NCBI GenBank assembly: GCA_022360095.1
Contig: JAKSDK010000795.1
Span: 1 to 53,333 of the forward strand
DNA length: 53,333 nucleotides
Source: Phycisphaerales bacterium
GTDB taxonomy: Bacteria > Planctomycetota > Phycisphaerae > UBA1845 > UTPLA1
Direction: 5' to 3'
Position numbers and translations under genes: made by a program
Part shown: positions 37,999 to 47,203 of the stretch, one piece after another
Numbering within the stretch: the stretch's first letter is position 1
How the letters are laid out: every line of letters starts with the position of its first letter
Notes under the pieces: generated by a model
The model's input: only the letters and a program-made list of their open reading frames with translations
Databases searched by the model: none
What the model was told of the DNA's origin: nothing

Positions 37999-39204
37999 AT
38001 GACGATGGCGAAGTTCTTTGGCAGAATCGAGTTTCCATGCACGATTGAATTGGGCCGTGGGCTGGAAGGCGCGATCACCAACGTCACCCAAATCGGTTAC
38101 GTGGACGGTCAGGCAGGGGCTTTGATCTATCGCGGCTATTCGATCGAGGACCTTTGCGAGCACAGCAATTTTGAGGAGGTCGCTTACCTGTTGATGTTTG
38201 GCAAGTTGCCCACTGCTTCGGAACGAGCGGATTTCGAGACGAAGCTCCAGCAGGGGGGGACGTTGCCTGAGCCGGTTATGCACTTGATCGAAGCCAAGCC
38301 CAAGGACGCGCATCCGATGAACGTGCTTCAGTCGGCGGTTGCCGCCTTGGCTTGCTACGATGAGGAGAGCCTGGAGGTCACGCACAACGTTTCCGATCCG
38401 GCCGCGGCGATGAAGGCCGAGACCGACGTCGCAATTCGAATACTGGCGCGTACGCGAACCGTGGCCTCCGCGATTGCCAGGGCCCGTCTCGGTCGCCCGT
38501 TGATCCAGCCTGATCCCGAGTTGGATTTTACTTCGAATTATCTCTACATGATGACCGGCGAGAAGCCGGACGAGGTGACCCGTCGCGTGATGGATGTTTG
38601 CCTGATCCTTCAGGCGGACCACGGCATGAACGCGTCCACATTCACGGCCATGGTGGTCCACAGTTCATTGTCGGACATGTATTCGACCATTGCTGCCGCG
38701 ATCGGCTCACTGCGAGGCCCTTTGCACGGTGGGGCGAATGAGGCCGCGCTGGCCGATCTGCAGACGATCGGCAATCCTGAGAACGCCAAGACCTGGTCTC
38801 AGGAGAAGATGTCCAAGGGAGAGAAGATCATCGGTTTCGGCCATCGCGTCTATAAGGCGTTGGACCCACGTGCGACGGTTCTCAAGCGACACGCCGAGGT
38901 TCTCTGCAAACAGAAGGGATTTGAATCTCTCTTTGAGACGGCGAACACGGTCGAGCGCGAAGTTACGGCCGCGATGGAAGCCAAGGGCAAGAAGATTTAC
39001 CCGAACGTGGATTTCTACTCCGGGTTGGTCTATCACGCATTAGGGTTTCCGACGCCGTTGTTCCCGGTCATTTTCGCCGTTTCGCGCACGGCCGGTTGGT
39101 TGGCCCGCGTGCTGGAATACCTGCCTGAAAACCGCATCTTTAGGCCCCGTGCCGTATATAGCGGCCAGACGGACCAAACGTATGTTCCCATCGACCAGCG
39201 ATGA
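37999..39204 (+). CDS. gltA: Citrate synthase.
   Basis: GFGHRVYK motif. DFYSG, HALGFP and other citrate-synthase signatures. Divergent from sucC. Confidence 0.85.
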   Translation: MTMAKFFGRIEFPCTIELGRGLEGAITNVTQIGYVDGQAGALIYRGYSIEDLCEHSNFEEVAYLLMFGKLPTASERADFETKLQQGGTLPEPVMHLIEAKPKDAHPMNVLQSAVAALACYDEESLEVTHNVSDPAAAMKAETDVAIRILARTRTVASAIARARLGRPLIQPDPELDFTSNYLYMMTGEKPDEVTRRVMDVCLILQADHGMNASTFTAMVVHSSLSDMYSTIAAAIGSLRGPLHGGANEAALADLQTIGNPENAKTWSQEKMSKGEKIIGFGHRVYKALDPRATVLKRHAEVLCKQKGFESLFETANTVEREVTAAMEAKGKKIYPNVDFYSGLVYHALGFPTPLFPVIFAVSRTAGWLARVLEYLPENRIFRPRAVYSGQTDQTYVPIDQR

Positions 39205-39222
39205 CCCAATCGCATCGTCTTT

Positions 39223-40581
39223 TCAGCTCTGCTGAGTCGACTCACCGGACTTCGGCAGTTTTGCTCCATCCCCCTGATTGTTCCCGGCGATGTTACCCGC
39301 GATCGACTGCGTCAGTTCTTTCAAATCGACGCCGAGGACGCCTTCCAAAGTCGCTAACGACTCGGACAACATTCGAGCCCGGGTCAGCGCGGCACCTGTT
39401 GTGGCGTGGCCGTTGCCGCTGTCGATGACGGTGACGTCTCCGAGGTTGACGTTGGCGATGGTTTTTGTCATCTCCTCGACGACTTTGGGCATCATCTCAA
39501 CGAGCATTACCTTTAACGCATCCGGGTTCTTCTGAATCGCCTGTCCGATCTGTTGGATGGCTGCGGCCCGGGCTTTACCTTCTTCCAGAATTGACGCGGC
39601 ATCGCCCTCGGCCTCGGCGCGGGACACGTCACGAGCAGCGTTCGCTTTCGCGACGTCGGTTGCTTCGAGCCGGGCAGCCTCGGACTGGGCGGCGGCCTTG
39701 TTGCGTTCGGCCTCCTTCAGCGAAGCTTCGCGAGCGAGTTCGGCCTTACGGATGCGAAGGTCGTTGTCCGACTCGGCAATGGCCTTTTCCGCGGCCAGTC
39801 GTGCCTGTTCGGCTTTTTGGTGACCCATCGCCTCTGCCGTCTTGGCTTCGGCTTCGCGGACGGCCTGAGCCTGACGGGACTGTGCGTTGGCCTCGGCTTC
39901 CTTGATATCAGCGTCGGCCTTGCGTTGAGCTTCGAATTTGCGCGCGTCGGCGCGGACTTGCGCGGATGCCTTTCGCGCGATGGACTCCAAGTACTCTTCA
40001 TCGTCGTGGACGTTCTGGATGTTCACGCTGTCAATGACGAGGCCGAGCTTCCGGAAGTCGTCACTGACTTCATTCATCACGGTCGCAACAAACTTGTCAC
40101 GATCCTCGACGACCTCCTCCGGTGTGATCTTTCCAATGACGGCACGGATGCCGCCTTCCAGCGTTTCACGGGCAACACGTTGTAATTCAGCATAGGGTTG
40201 ATCCAGAAATCGCTCGATCGCGTTTCCGCGGACGTCGGGTTCAGACGAAACCTTGACATTGGCGACGCCCGTGACAGCAACGGGGATCATCGTTCCGCCG
40301 CCCGCCTGAGCCTTAACCTCCAAGCCGACCTGCATGTTGCGCAAGCTGAGTTTCGAGACTTTTTCAAGAACGGGGATGACTAAAGTGCGGCCGCCGATGA
40401 GTGTGCGGTAGCCACGGTCCGGACCCGCTTTCTTGCCGCTGATCACCAGCATCTCGCTGGGATTGCCGACGACCATGATTTTGGCGACCGCCACGATCAG
40501 GAAAAGGAACAGGAGGAGCAGACCGGCGCCAATAATAATATATTCAATAGAGTCATCTGCGAGTATCAATGCGGAATCCAT
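39223..40581 (-). CDS. Flotillin-like SPFH/band-7 protein (YqiK/FloA-like).
   Basis: N-terminal TM, SPFH domain, long Ala/Glu-rich coiled coil. Confidence 0.8.
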   Translation of the reverse strand: MDSALILADDSIEYIIIGAGLLLLFLFLIVAVAKIMVVGNPSEMLVISGKKAGPDRGYRTLIGGRTLVIPVLEKVSKLSLRNMQVGLEVKAQAGGGTMIPVAVTGVANVKVSSEPDVRGNAIERFLDQPYAELQRVARETLEGGIRAVIGKITPEEVVEDRDKFVATVMNEVSDDFRKLGLVIDSVNIQNVHDDEEYLESIARKASAQVRADARKFEAQRKADADIKEAEANAQSRQAQAVREAEAKTAEAMGHQKAEQARLAAEKAIAESDNDLRIRKAELAREASLKEAERNKAAAQSEAARLEATDVAKANAARDVSRAEAEGDAASILEEGKARAAAIQQIGQAIQKNPDALKVMLVEMMPKVVEEMTKTIANVNLGDVTVIDSGNGHATTGAALTRARMLSESLATLEGVLGVDLKELTQSIAGNIAGNNQGDGAKLPKSGESTQQS

Positions 40582-40596
40582 GTTATGCCTCCTTCA

Positions 40597-41349
40597 TCAT
40601 GATTCATTAAGAAATTCGTGCTCTTTCTGCGAGACGACCACGGCTGTTCCTGCCCGGAAACCGACGACGCCGACGGGCTGTCCCACATCAAACGTGTCGT
40701 CTTCCCGTCTGGCGACGGCCGCAACGAAACGTTCGTTGTCGCCGATCTGAATGGCCACTTCCCCGCGATCCGGTGGTTTGATCGCGATCGTGACTCGAGC
40801 GGGTTTGTTGAGGTAATCCTTTAACTTCGTCGCGCTATCCGAGCTGCTTCGCATGAGGTAGCGAAACACCTGATGAGCGATCTGTCCGACCAGAAGCCCG
40901 CCCGCCAGCGCGATAATCAGAATCGTCGTCGGGCCCGTCTCAGACATGTAGGTTAATACGATGCCGGTGAATCCGAACATGGCCGCAAAATAGATCAGAA
41001 ATCGAATCGAGAACCAATTCGCGAGCGAAAGGGCTTCTTCGGCGGAGTGGACGGACTCGCCTTCGACGGCGGCGTCCGTCTCCATGTCGGTGTCGGCCTC
41101 GATGTCGACGTCTCCCTCCATATCCGGGTCGAAATCGACCTCGGCATCTCCTCCCGTATCACTGCCGGTAAGCGTCGAGATTAACAGAAGCCCGCCGCCG
41201 ACGATCAAGCCGATCCAATACAGGCCGATCAGTGAAGGCATTTCCGCCAGCGCGGCTGAGTAACCCGATGGGTATGAAAACCAGTCGTTCATGGCGCACA
41301 CTCCGCAAAACCAGCCGGGGAGGGATATGATTCCACCCTTGCAGTCCAA
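40597..41349 (-). CDS. NfeD/YqiJ-like membrane protein partner of flotillin.
   Basis: Several TM helices, acidic loop, C-terminal OB-fold-like segment. Immediately upstream of the flotillin gene on the same strand. Confidence 0.6.
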   Translation of the reverse strand: MDCKGGIISLPGWFCGVCAMNDWFSYPSGYSAALAEMPSLIGLYWIGLIVGGGLLLISTLTGSDTGGDAEVDFDPDMEGDVDIEADTDMETDAAVEGESVHSAEEALSLANWFSIRFLIYFAAMFGFTGIVLTYMSETGPTTILIIALAGGLLVGQIAHQVFRYLMRSSSDSATKLKDYLNKPARVTIAIKPPDRGEVAIQIGDNERFVAAVARREDDTFDVGQPVGVVGFRAGTAVVVSQKEHEFLNES

Positions 41350-41466
41350 CAGTTTTCCGACCGCTTTATTTAAGTGTAACTCAGGAAAGACGCTTCGCCC
41401 ATTCTAATCTTGAGACGGTTTTATCATCATCATGGGTTTGTCGTGGTCTCAGGATGGAATTATTCT

Positions 41467-42837
41467 CTAAGACGGGCTCGATAGGCCCGTTTCGATGATT
41501 GCTCGTATTTCGGTATCGCGCACTGCGTCATCATTCGGCATGAGTGCCGCATCGCTGACGATACATGCACCGTATTGTTCCGGTGAATCTGCCGGAGCGC
41601 CGTGGCTGCCTTTGACGAGGGTTGCGTCCAGCGGCGTTTGTTTCGTTTCCATGTTGATGAACATCTCGACCGGATCGTAGCCGGGCTTGTTGTGAATATC
41701 GACCGTGTGGGCAAAGGGCGGGGCTTTGGCATCGTCGTGCCACCAATAATAGGCAAGCCAGGTGTCAGGCTCGCACACGAGGACGACTTCGCCGGAGCGG
41801 GGATGATCGATGAAATACCGGTCGTCTTCACGAACGGGAGCCTCCCTCTTTCCGCCAAGGGGAGATTGCGGGCAACGAACGTCGGCGATGCCGTCGAGGC
41901 CTTCAAAAATACCGGATACGGCATCGATGTCGGTTTTGTCTTTGACGTAGACGTGAGCAAACTGATGGTCTACGACGGCGAAGGCCAAGCTTTCTTTAAG
42001 ATTTATGAACTCAGTGCCTTCGCGTTCGTCGATCTTGACCATGCCGGCGTCGCGCAGCATTCGGTTCGGGTACAGAACCCGGGAGACGTCCGTCATGGCA
42101 TATTCACTGACGACCAGATACGCGGCCTCTTTGATGCCGATCGAATCCATGCCGTCGAAGAAACGGCCAAGTTGCTCATCGGCTTCTCTGCATGCAGCGA
42201 CTTGCTGCTCGCTGTTTGGACCGTGTTTCTGGGCCTGATAATCCAGGTGAGGAAAATAGAGATAGTTGAAGCGCGGGCGTTCGCGCTGAATCAGCCACAG
42301 CGCGGCATTGACGATCCATTCAGTGGACCTGACGTTCGCCATCGGGCCCCAGAAGTTCATCAGCGGAAAGTGGCCCAGGTCTTTCAGCAGTCTTTCGTAC
42401 AGGCCGTCGGGTTTGGAATAACACCATAGTTCGGTGCGCCCATCGGGATGGTGGATCGGTTCCGGCGTGACGATGAAGTCCGCCGCGGCGTCCTTGATGT
42501 TTTGTGGAATCCAGGCCGCTTGAGAAATGCCGCGCTCGGCCAGGCTGTCCCAAAGCTGACGGGATTCGATCAGCCCATTGCGGCCGACCCAGAGTTCCAC
42601 GTCCCCCTGATCGCGGAAGTAGAAGCCGTTTCCGATGATGCCGTGTTCGTTCGGTGTCTTGCCGGTGAGCATGTTGGCCTGAACGGGCGAGGTCACACAG
42701 GGAAACGTAGGGATCAATTCACGGACGGCGCCGTTTTTCGCGACGGCGCGGAGTCGTGGCATGTGTTCGAGGTCGCGTGTTCTCAGCCCTGGAATCGACA
42801 CGAAAATGAGGTGCTCGTATGACATATGTTGTTTCAC
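41467..42837 (-). CDS. Alkaline-phosphatase-superfamily enzyme, type I phosphodiesterase/nucleotide pyrophosphatase (NPP) family.
   Basis: LIFVSIPGLRTRDL...FPCVTSPVQANMLTGKTPNEHGIIGN (metal-ligand Asp and nucleophile Thr region). Confidence 0.7.
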   Translation of the reverse strand: MKQHMSYEHLIFVSIPGLRTRDLEHMPRLRAVAKNGAVRELIPTFPCVTSPVQANMLTGKTPNEHGIIGNGFYFRDQGDVELWVGRNGLIESRQLWDSLAERGISQAAWIPQNIKDAAADFIVTPEPIHHPDGRTELWCYSKPDGLYERLLKDLGHFPLMNFWGPMANVRSTEWIVNAALWLIQRERPRFNYLYFPHLDYQAQKHGPNSEQQVAACREADEQLGRFFDGMDSIGIKEAAYLVVSEYAMTDVSRVLYPNRMLRDAGMVKIDEREGTEFINLKESLAFAVVDHQFAHVYVKDKTDIDAVSGIFEGLDGIADVRCPQSPLGGKREAPVREDDRYFIDHPRSGEVVLVCEPDTWLAYYWWHDDAKAPPFAHTVDIHNKPGYDPVEMFINMETKQTPLDATLVKGSHGAPADSPEQYGACIVSDAALMPNDDAVRDTEIRAIIETGLSSPS

Positions 42838-43670
42838 CCGTTCAGTTTTGAAAGAAATTCGAAAGCCCTTTCGGCAGTGCGGACGGCATCGTGACTATGG
42901 CGGCTGAGTTCGACATTCACGGTGCCAGTATACTGCACGTCCCGGAGCGCTTCAAAAATCGGATCAAACGCCATTTCACCTTCTCCGAACATCAAATGAT
43001 CGTGGATGCCCGTTTTCATGTCTTCGATGTGGATGTTCAGAAGTTTCTTCCCGAACTCGCGAATTCTGTCCGACGGTGTGCCGTCTTCCAGGCAATGAAC
43101 ATGACCGACGTCAAGTGTAAGGCCGAATCGAGGATGACTGAGCTCATCCGCCAGGCGTTGAAATTGCGACAGGCGATCGACAAACATGTCGGGCTCCGGT
43201 TCGAAGGCCAGCCACACATCGTGTTGCACGGCTTTCGTCAGCAGTTCGTCACACATGTCCACCAGCAGCGTCCAGCAATCTTTCTCCGACATGGCCGAGT
43301 CGCGGGCACCCGACCAGAAGCTGACCGCTTCCGCATTGAGCCTCGCTGCGATTTCCATCGACCGGTCCAGGAAGTCCAGCCTTCGTTGTCGCTGCTCCGG
43401 GTCCGGTGTGAGCAATGTCGGCCAGTGTTTTTGACGAGAGTCCAGCAGGAACCGAGCGCCGGTTTCAACAACGCAGCTCATATTCCGGGTTTGGAGCAGC
43501 TCTACGATCGACGCCGTTTGTTCAAGAATGTCGTCATCGAAGGGGTTCAACGCACCGTAGTCCAGTGTAATCGCCACGGACTCGTAGCCGATTTCGGCAA
43601 GCACGTTGATCGCGTCCGCGAGACGGTGGTGGGCAAAGCCGTTGGTGTTGTAACCGAGTTCGAAAGGCAT
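42834..43670 (-). CDS. Sugar-phosphate isomerase/epimerase (xylose-isomerase-like TIM barrel).
   Basis: The ORF track merges this gene into a 630-aa artefact (42834..44726). The real gene starts at ATG 43670 (MPFELGYNTNGF...). Confidence 0.7.
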   Translation of the reverse strand: MPFELGYNTNGFAHHRLADAINVLAEIGYESVAITLDYGALNPFDDDILEQTASIVELLQTRNMSCVVETGARFLLDSRQKHWPTLLTPDPEQRQRRLDFLDRSMEIAARLNAEAVSFWSGARDSAMSEKDCWTLLVDMCDELLTKAVQHDVWLAFEPEPDMFVDRLSQFQRLADELSHPRFGLTLDVGHVHCLEDGTPSDRIREFGKKLLNIHIEDMKTGIHDHLMFGEGEMAFDPIFEALRDVQYTGTVNVELSRHSHDAVRTAERAFEFLSKLNG

Positions 43671-43705
43671 TTTGCTCTCTGTTTGAAGGGCTGCCGGTGG
43701 CCAAG

Positions 43706-44659
43706 CTAGGTTGAATATATCCAGCGACCGATGAGCAGCGTCGGAACGAGGAGTCCCAGCACGCAGACGCCCGCGATCCAGCCGGCAGTCGCCGAGGCCA
43801 GGATTGCATCGAACACGACGATCCCCAGAATAAACGTCTTCATCGCATACTGTACCTGTCGTGGAGAAGGATCTTTGATTGCTCGATGAATTCGCCTGGA
43901 TAGGAGGACGAGGAAGGCGAACCACAGAATCATCAGGAAGTTGTCCGAGACCATCGCCGGAAGCACGAGTGTTCCGAGCAGGAGAACGGCAGTGATAATG
44001 CCGAATCCTCCGGTCGCGAGTCGAAACTTCGTGCTTCGCCTCGCTTCCTCGAATCCGAAATAGGTCAAGGAGGCGACGTAATAGATCAATGCGATGATGA
44101 AGAACAGCCCTCCAAGATCCGTAAACCACCAACCGACCGACATCGCCATCAGGAGATTCAGCCCGCGGCAAAGCCCCATGAACACCAGACCGGAAAGCGT
44201 GCCTTTGAAAAGGAAGTTGTAGGCGATGATGGTTGCGAGCAACAGGACTCCCACCAGACCGGGGCGGAGTTTCCCGGGCAAAATGTAATCCGAATCGGTG
44301 ACTTCTCCCACGAAACCCGCAGCGCAGGCAAGCATGACCGCTATGATGGAGATTCCTGTGGCGATCAGGACCGCTTGCCTCTTTGGAATTCGGCCGGACG
44401 GCAGAGGTCGTTGCGGCCGTTCGCGACGATCCGTCTCGATGTCGCGAACATCGTTCAAGATGATTCCGGCTGCATAAAAGAATGCGGAGGCTGCCACGAG
44501 GCAGAGAAGTTGCCAGGACCAAAGTGACTGCCAGGAGCGGAGCAATTCCGAGGATCGGAGTTGGGCTGCGACAAGCCAGTAACCGGCGAATGCATCGGCC
44601 ATGGCCGTGAAGACATTGGGCAGACGAACAAGCTCGAAGTAGGCCTTGAGCGATTTCAT
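43706..44659 (-). CDS. UbiA-family membrane prenyltransferase.
   Basis: NDVRDIETDRRERPQRPLPSGRI (Asp-rich motif 1). 8-9 TM helices. 317 aa. Confidence 0.75.
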   Translation of the reverse strand: MKSLKAYFELVRLPNVFTAMADAFAGYWLVAAQLRSSELLRSWQSLWSWQLLCLVAASAFFYAAGIILNDVRDIETDRRERPQRPLPSGRIPKRQAVLIATGISIIAVMLACAAGFVGEVTDSDYILPGKLRPGLVGVLLLATIIAYNFLFKGTLSGLVFMGLCRGLNLLMAMSVGWWFTDLGGLFFIIALIYYVASLTYFGFEEARRSTKFRLATGGFGIITAVLLLGTLVLPAMVSDNFLMILWFAFLVLLSRRIHRAIKDPSPRQVQYAMKTFILGIVVFDAILASATAGWIAGVCVLGLLVPTLLIGRWIYST

Positions 44660-45501
44660 AGACTCGCCGCCACGCGATCAAGATATTGTTTGGCTTCCTG
44701 GCCGGCGGTATCCGGGTCCTCGACAAACGGATACAACTCTACAGTGAGCCAGCCGTCATAATCTGTTTCGCGAATGGCCTGCAGCGTCGCGCCAAAATCG
44801 ATGGCGCCGGTTCCGGGAACGAGGTGATGATGCACTCTGGAAGCTGCGATATCCTCCACGTGATAGTGACGAGTGTGTGAAGCCATCCTGGGAATCCACT
44901 CGGCCGGTTCCTCGGCAACGCAATAGGCGTGGCCGATGTCGAAGTTCAAGGCCATGAACGGCGAATCGATCCGGTCACGGAGTTCCAGATATTGGTCAAA
45001 ACGTTCGATGAGCAAGCCGGGCTCTGGTTCGATCAACAAAAGCACTTGTTCTCGTCCGGCGTGTTCAACAATCGGTTTGAGATTTTCGACAAACAGGTTC
45101 ATCGCCGTCGCATAACCCGATTCGGACTCGATCGGTCCTCCCGGTTCGGTCGTAATGCACGGCGCCCCCAGCCGTCGCGCCATGGTCAAAGCCGCCCTGG
45201 TGTGCTCGACACGGATCTGCCGATAGTCGGCGTCCGGTTCGATCCAGCTGGGATGCCAATAGGGCTGTCTGGAATCACCAATTTTGTTCATCATGAACGC
45301 ATTGATGTTTGAGATGGCCAGGCCATGTTGATCGAGCGCACGGCGAACGTCGTCGATCCGTGCATTCGATGTTTCGGCCGGCCAGAGATGCGGCACGTCC
45401 GCCATGAGCTCAACGCCTTTGTAGCCCAAGCGCGCGATGCGCGCCAGAGCTTCCTCGATTTCAAATCGCATGTAGGCATTGGTGCTGTAAGCCAGGCGCA
45501 T
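44656..45501 (-). CDS. Sugar-phosphate isomerase/epimerase (xylose-isomerase-like TIM barrel), second copy.
   Basis: MRLAYSTNAYMRF... Its stop overlaps the UbiA start by 4 nt. Confidence 0.7.
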   Translation of the reverse strand: MRLAYSTNAYMRFEIEEALARIARLGYKGVELMADVPHLWPAETSNARIDDVRRALDQHGLAISNINAFMMNKIGDSRQPYWHPSWIEPDADYRQIRVEHTRAALTMARRLGAPCITTEPGGPIESESGYATAMNLFVENLKPIVEHAGREQVLLLIEPEPGLLIERFDQYLELRDRIDSPFMALNFDIGHAYCVAEEPAEWIPRMASHTRHYHVEDIAASRVHHHLVPGTGAIDFGATLQAIRETDYDGWLTVELYPFVEDPDTAGQEAKQYLDRVAASL

Positions 45502-45523
45502 CTTCGTTCGTTATTCAAACGTT

Positions 45524-45680
45524 TCAGCGTTGTGTCTTTTCGACTTTTCGCCGTTTTGATTTTTTGTTTTGACGTCTTAATTTTTCGTCGTTTTGACGTT
45601 TTGATTTTTTGCCGTTTAGACGTTTTGATTTTTCGACGCTTCGATGTTTTGATTTTTTGACGTTTTGATTTTTTGACGTT
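45524..45680. repeat. Imperfect 18-bp tandem repeat array (~8 units; consensus on the plus strand ~ttgacgttttgatttttt). It encodes the K/R-rich tail of the inositol-phosphate synthase.
   Basis: Visible periodicity in the plus-strand sequence at 45530-45680. Confidence 0.75.
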
Positions 45681-46897
45681 TCCCCTGCGACATATCGATG
45701 CAGCATCTCAACCTGGGCCGCGAAACCGTGTTCGGAAACCCCCATGGGTGATTTGAAAAAACAGGCCAGGTGCTTCATGACACCGGTATGTCCCTGTTCG
45801 GCATGGTAGTCAGCCAGCCGGGCCAGGTCGATAATCAGAGGCGCCGCAAGGATTGAATCACAACCCTGCCAGACGAATTGCAGGCTCATCTTGGTCCCGA
45901 GGAAACCGCGAAAATGCACGTGATCCCAGGCCGTCTTCCAATCGTGGAGCGATTCCACGTACTCGATCGACGTGCGCGTCTGAGGAGGATAGCCCACGAG
46001 GGACGCGATGACCCCATTCTTGGTTTCAAGTTTGGCGGCCTTGTTCGGGGACGAATCCAGGACCATGCCGTCGCCGTTGCCAAGAACATTGTGACCGACC
46101 CAGCTTTCAATCTTCAGATGTCTTTCACGGAACATAGGCGCCAGGACGGTCTTCAAGAGAGTCTCACCGGTCTTGGCATCGGAGCCCATAAACGGGACAC
46201 CTTGCATCTCCGCTAACTCGTGAATTGCCGGGACTTCCACGCCTAACGAAGGCGTGAAGCTCACGAAAGGCATGTTTTCTTCAATGGCGGCCACGGCATA
46301 GAGACTGCTGGCGGGCAGGGGAGAAGTCCTTTGTGAAAGTGCTTTGTCGAGCTTCGACCAGTTTCGATGCGTGGCGGTAAGTTTATAGGCCGGCTCGGTC
46401 GACGCGACGTGCACAACGACGACGCGGTGGAGCCGGTGACGACGACGAAACAGGCGAAGGTCGTTGCGGAGCTGACCAATGATATGTCTGGCACTGGTCT
46501 TCTTACGGGCGCCTGACCGCGTCGCCAGCCTGCTGATGGCGTGGCCGCATCGGATGGCCGTACCTGTTCGGATGTTCTTTTCATATTTCGCAAGAGCCGG
46601 CTTGACGGCCCTGAGCATCAGCTCATCAAAGATCCCACTGTTACGGCGGAGTTCGTCTGCTGATTGGGCGACGCTCCGGCGGCTGATTTCATGTCCTCCA
46701 AGCGTGATATTAGAGAGGGGCGCCAGAAGGAGTTTGGCGAGCGGCGCCTGATCCGTGACAAGTCCAATGGGCGGCGTCAGCTTTTTTTGGAGGGCGGCAA
46801 GCCCTACGGCCACAGTTGTCGCAACATTGCCTGACGCGCCGATGAGCCAGATACCTAACTTTCTTTGAGATTTAGCCAAAGCGGATTGGTTCCCCAT
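45524..46897 (-). CDS. myo-Inositol-1-phosphate synthase with an unusual Lys/Arg-rich repetitive C-terminal tail.
   Basis: GIWLIGASGNVATT NAD-binding start, SWVGHNVLGNGDG. The tail is KNQNVKKSKHRSVEKSKRLNGKKSKRQNDEKLRRQNKKSKRRKVEKTQR. Confidence 0.8.
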   Translation of the reverse strand: MGNQSALAKSQRKLGIWLIGASGNVATTVAVGLAALQKKLTPPIGLVTDQAPLAKLLLAPLSNITLGGHEISRRSVAQSADELRRNSGIFDELMLRAVKPALAKYEKNIRTGTAIRCGHAISRLATRSGARKKTSARHIIGQLRNDLRLFRRRHRLHRVVVVHVASTEPAYKLTATHRNWSKLDKALSQRTSPLPASSLYAVAAIEENMPFVSFTPSLGVEVPAIHELAEMQGVPFMGSDAKTGETLLKTVLAPMFRERHLKIESWVGHNVLGNGDGMVLDSSPNKAAKLETKNGVIASLVGYPPQTRTSIEYVESLHDWKTAWDHVHFRGFLGTKMSLQFVWQGCDSILAAPLIIDLARLADYHAEQGHTGVMKHLACFFKSPMGVSEHGFAAQVEMLHRYVAGETSKNQNVKKSKHRSVEKSKRLNGKKSKRQNDEKLRRQNKKSKRRKVEKTQR

Positions 46898-47203
46898 ACG
46901 GCGATGGTCCGGAATCGACCCCTGACTTGTTGTCCATCGCCGGGATCATCACCCAATAGTCCTATCTACTAGCTACGGCCGGCTCGGGAAGGTATCGCAG
47001 TCTGTCTGCGATTCGCCTCTTTGGAATTGACTTCCTGTCCTGGACCCGATTCTAGGGCCAAGGAGCTTTCAGACGATTTGATGACGCGATTGAGAGGTCA
47101 TCGCGACAGCAACTCCGCCAATAGCGCTGCTTTACTTAGATAACAGAGAACAACGGCACCGTCAAGTTACCCGCCGGTTTATCGGTCATCATGAAAGTCA
47201 GCG

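Noticed and set aside
41602-43709. Plus-strand ORFs 41602..42429 and 42891..43709
   Set aside because: Antisense to the phosphodiesterase and isomerase genes. No motifs.
42834-44726. 630-aa ORF spanning the isomerase and UbiA genes
   Set aside because: Its N-terminal 350 aa are low-complexity, Arg/Cys-rich read-through in a third frame over the genuine UbiA gene (43706..44659). Only the C-terminal 278 aa, from ATG 43670, look like a real xylose-isomerase-like protein.
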